DNA from: a virus
Taxonomy: Duplodnaviria > Caudoviricetes
Virus record (IMG/VR): IMGVR_UViG_3300006919_000376
Location: 1 to 26,159 of that record
Length of the DNA: 26,159 bases
Reading direction: 5' to 3' (one strand)
Below, one piece after another: positions 25,819-26,159 of the stretch (positions are counted from its first letter, which is position 1; every line of letters begins with the position of its first letter). The position numbers and the translations under genes were made by a program. Under the pieces are notes generated by a model. It did not search any database. It saw only the letters and a program-made list of their open reading frames with translations, and had not been told where the DNA came from.

Positions 25819-26080
25819 CTTTCTTGTAATTTATAGTTCCGTCTTGAATATTGATATCGTAAGTGCCATATTCCTTTTCAAACTCACTCTGCATAGCGGT
25901 TAGTTGCTCTTGTATTGAGGATATATCATGAAGTAGTTTATGCTTCCTAGTCTCCATAATACCTAGATCCATTTGACCTCGGTTCATCATGTTTATAATC
26001 TGTTGAACCTTTTGCAACTGCTCGTCAGAGATCTTCTCTGGCTTCAAGTCTATTACTTTTTCTTTTTTCTTTTTACCCAT
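25799..26080 (-). CDS. Small coiled-coil hypothetical protein (93 aa)
   Basis: ATG in AT-rich context. Heptad-like helix followed by EKEYGTYDINIQDGTI. Confidence 0.75.
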   Translation of the reverse strand: MGKKKKEKVIDLKPEKISDEQLQKVQQIINMMNRGQMDLGIMETRKHKLLHDISSIQEQLTAMQSEFEKEYGTYDINIQDGTINYKKDEPSDS

Positions 26081-26102
26081 AATTAAATTAAATTAAATTA
26101 AA
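26081..26102 (-). repeat. (TTTAA)4 pentamer repeat abutting the start codon
   Basis: Minus strand TTTAATTTAATTTAATTTAATT-ATG. Confidence 0.9.
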
Positions 26103-26109
26103 CTGTTAT

Positions 26110-26159
26110 TTATTCTGCCGCGGTGAACAATTCACCTGCAACCAGTGTTTGTGCTTCTG
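26110..26159 (-). CDS. C-terminal end of an upstream gene (truncated at window edge)
   Basis: Open frame ...EAQTLVAGELFTAAE-TAA ending 29 nt before the next start. Only 50 nt are visible. Confidence 0.5.
   Translation of the reverse strand, partial: EAQTLVAGELFTAAE

Noticed and set aside
26122-26136. Small inverted repeat GGTGAA-N3-TTCACC
   Set aside because: Only 6 bp with a 3-nt loop, inside a probable coding end and without a U-tract.
1-26159. tRNA, rRNA, CRISPR array or integrase/att site
   Set aside because: Intergenic gaps are at most about 75 nt and show no cloverleaf or repeat-spacer pattern; no recombinase ORF seen.

Overview
This window is a 26 kb piece of a tailed dsDNA phage genome. 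All credible genes are on the minus strand, tightly packed, and form one late (morphogenesis) region. Read right to left, it carries two small conserved-type ORFs, a tandem GroES-like protein, a probable small terminase, large terminase, portal, acidic scaffold, major capsid protein, a 284-aa capsid-adjacent protein, two tail ring/adaptor proteins, a giant 3004-aa tail stabilization/muzzle-like protein, a 473-aa beta-rich tail protein, a 112-aa protein, and three successive probable ejection/cargo proteins (the last truncated at the left edge). The gene order and motifs resemble crAss-like or marine Flavobacteriia podoviruses. The AT-rich leaders lack Shine-Dalgarno motifs and usually have A at -3, which points to a Bacteroidota host (inference). 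The main oddities are: (i) large carbohydrate-binding-module-like insertions grafted into core tail proteins, one bracketed by a perfect in-frame 17-nt direct repeat; (ii) an apparently split muzzle gene; (iii) a head-to-tail double GroES; (iv) short tandem micro-repeats abutting the start codons of several genes. All family calls come from motif recognition and synteny, not from database searches.
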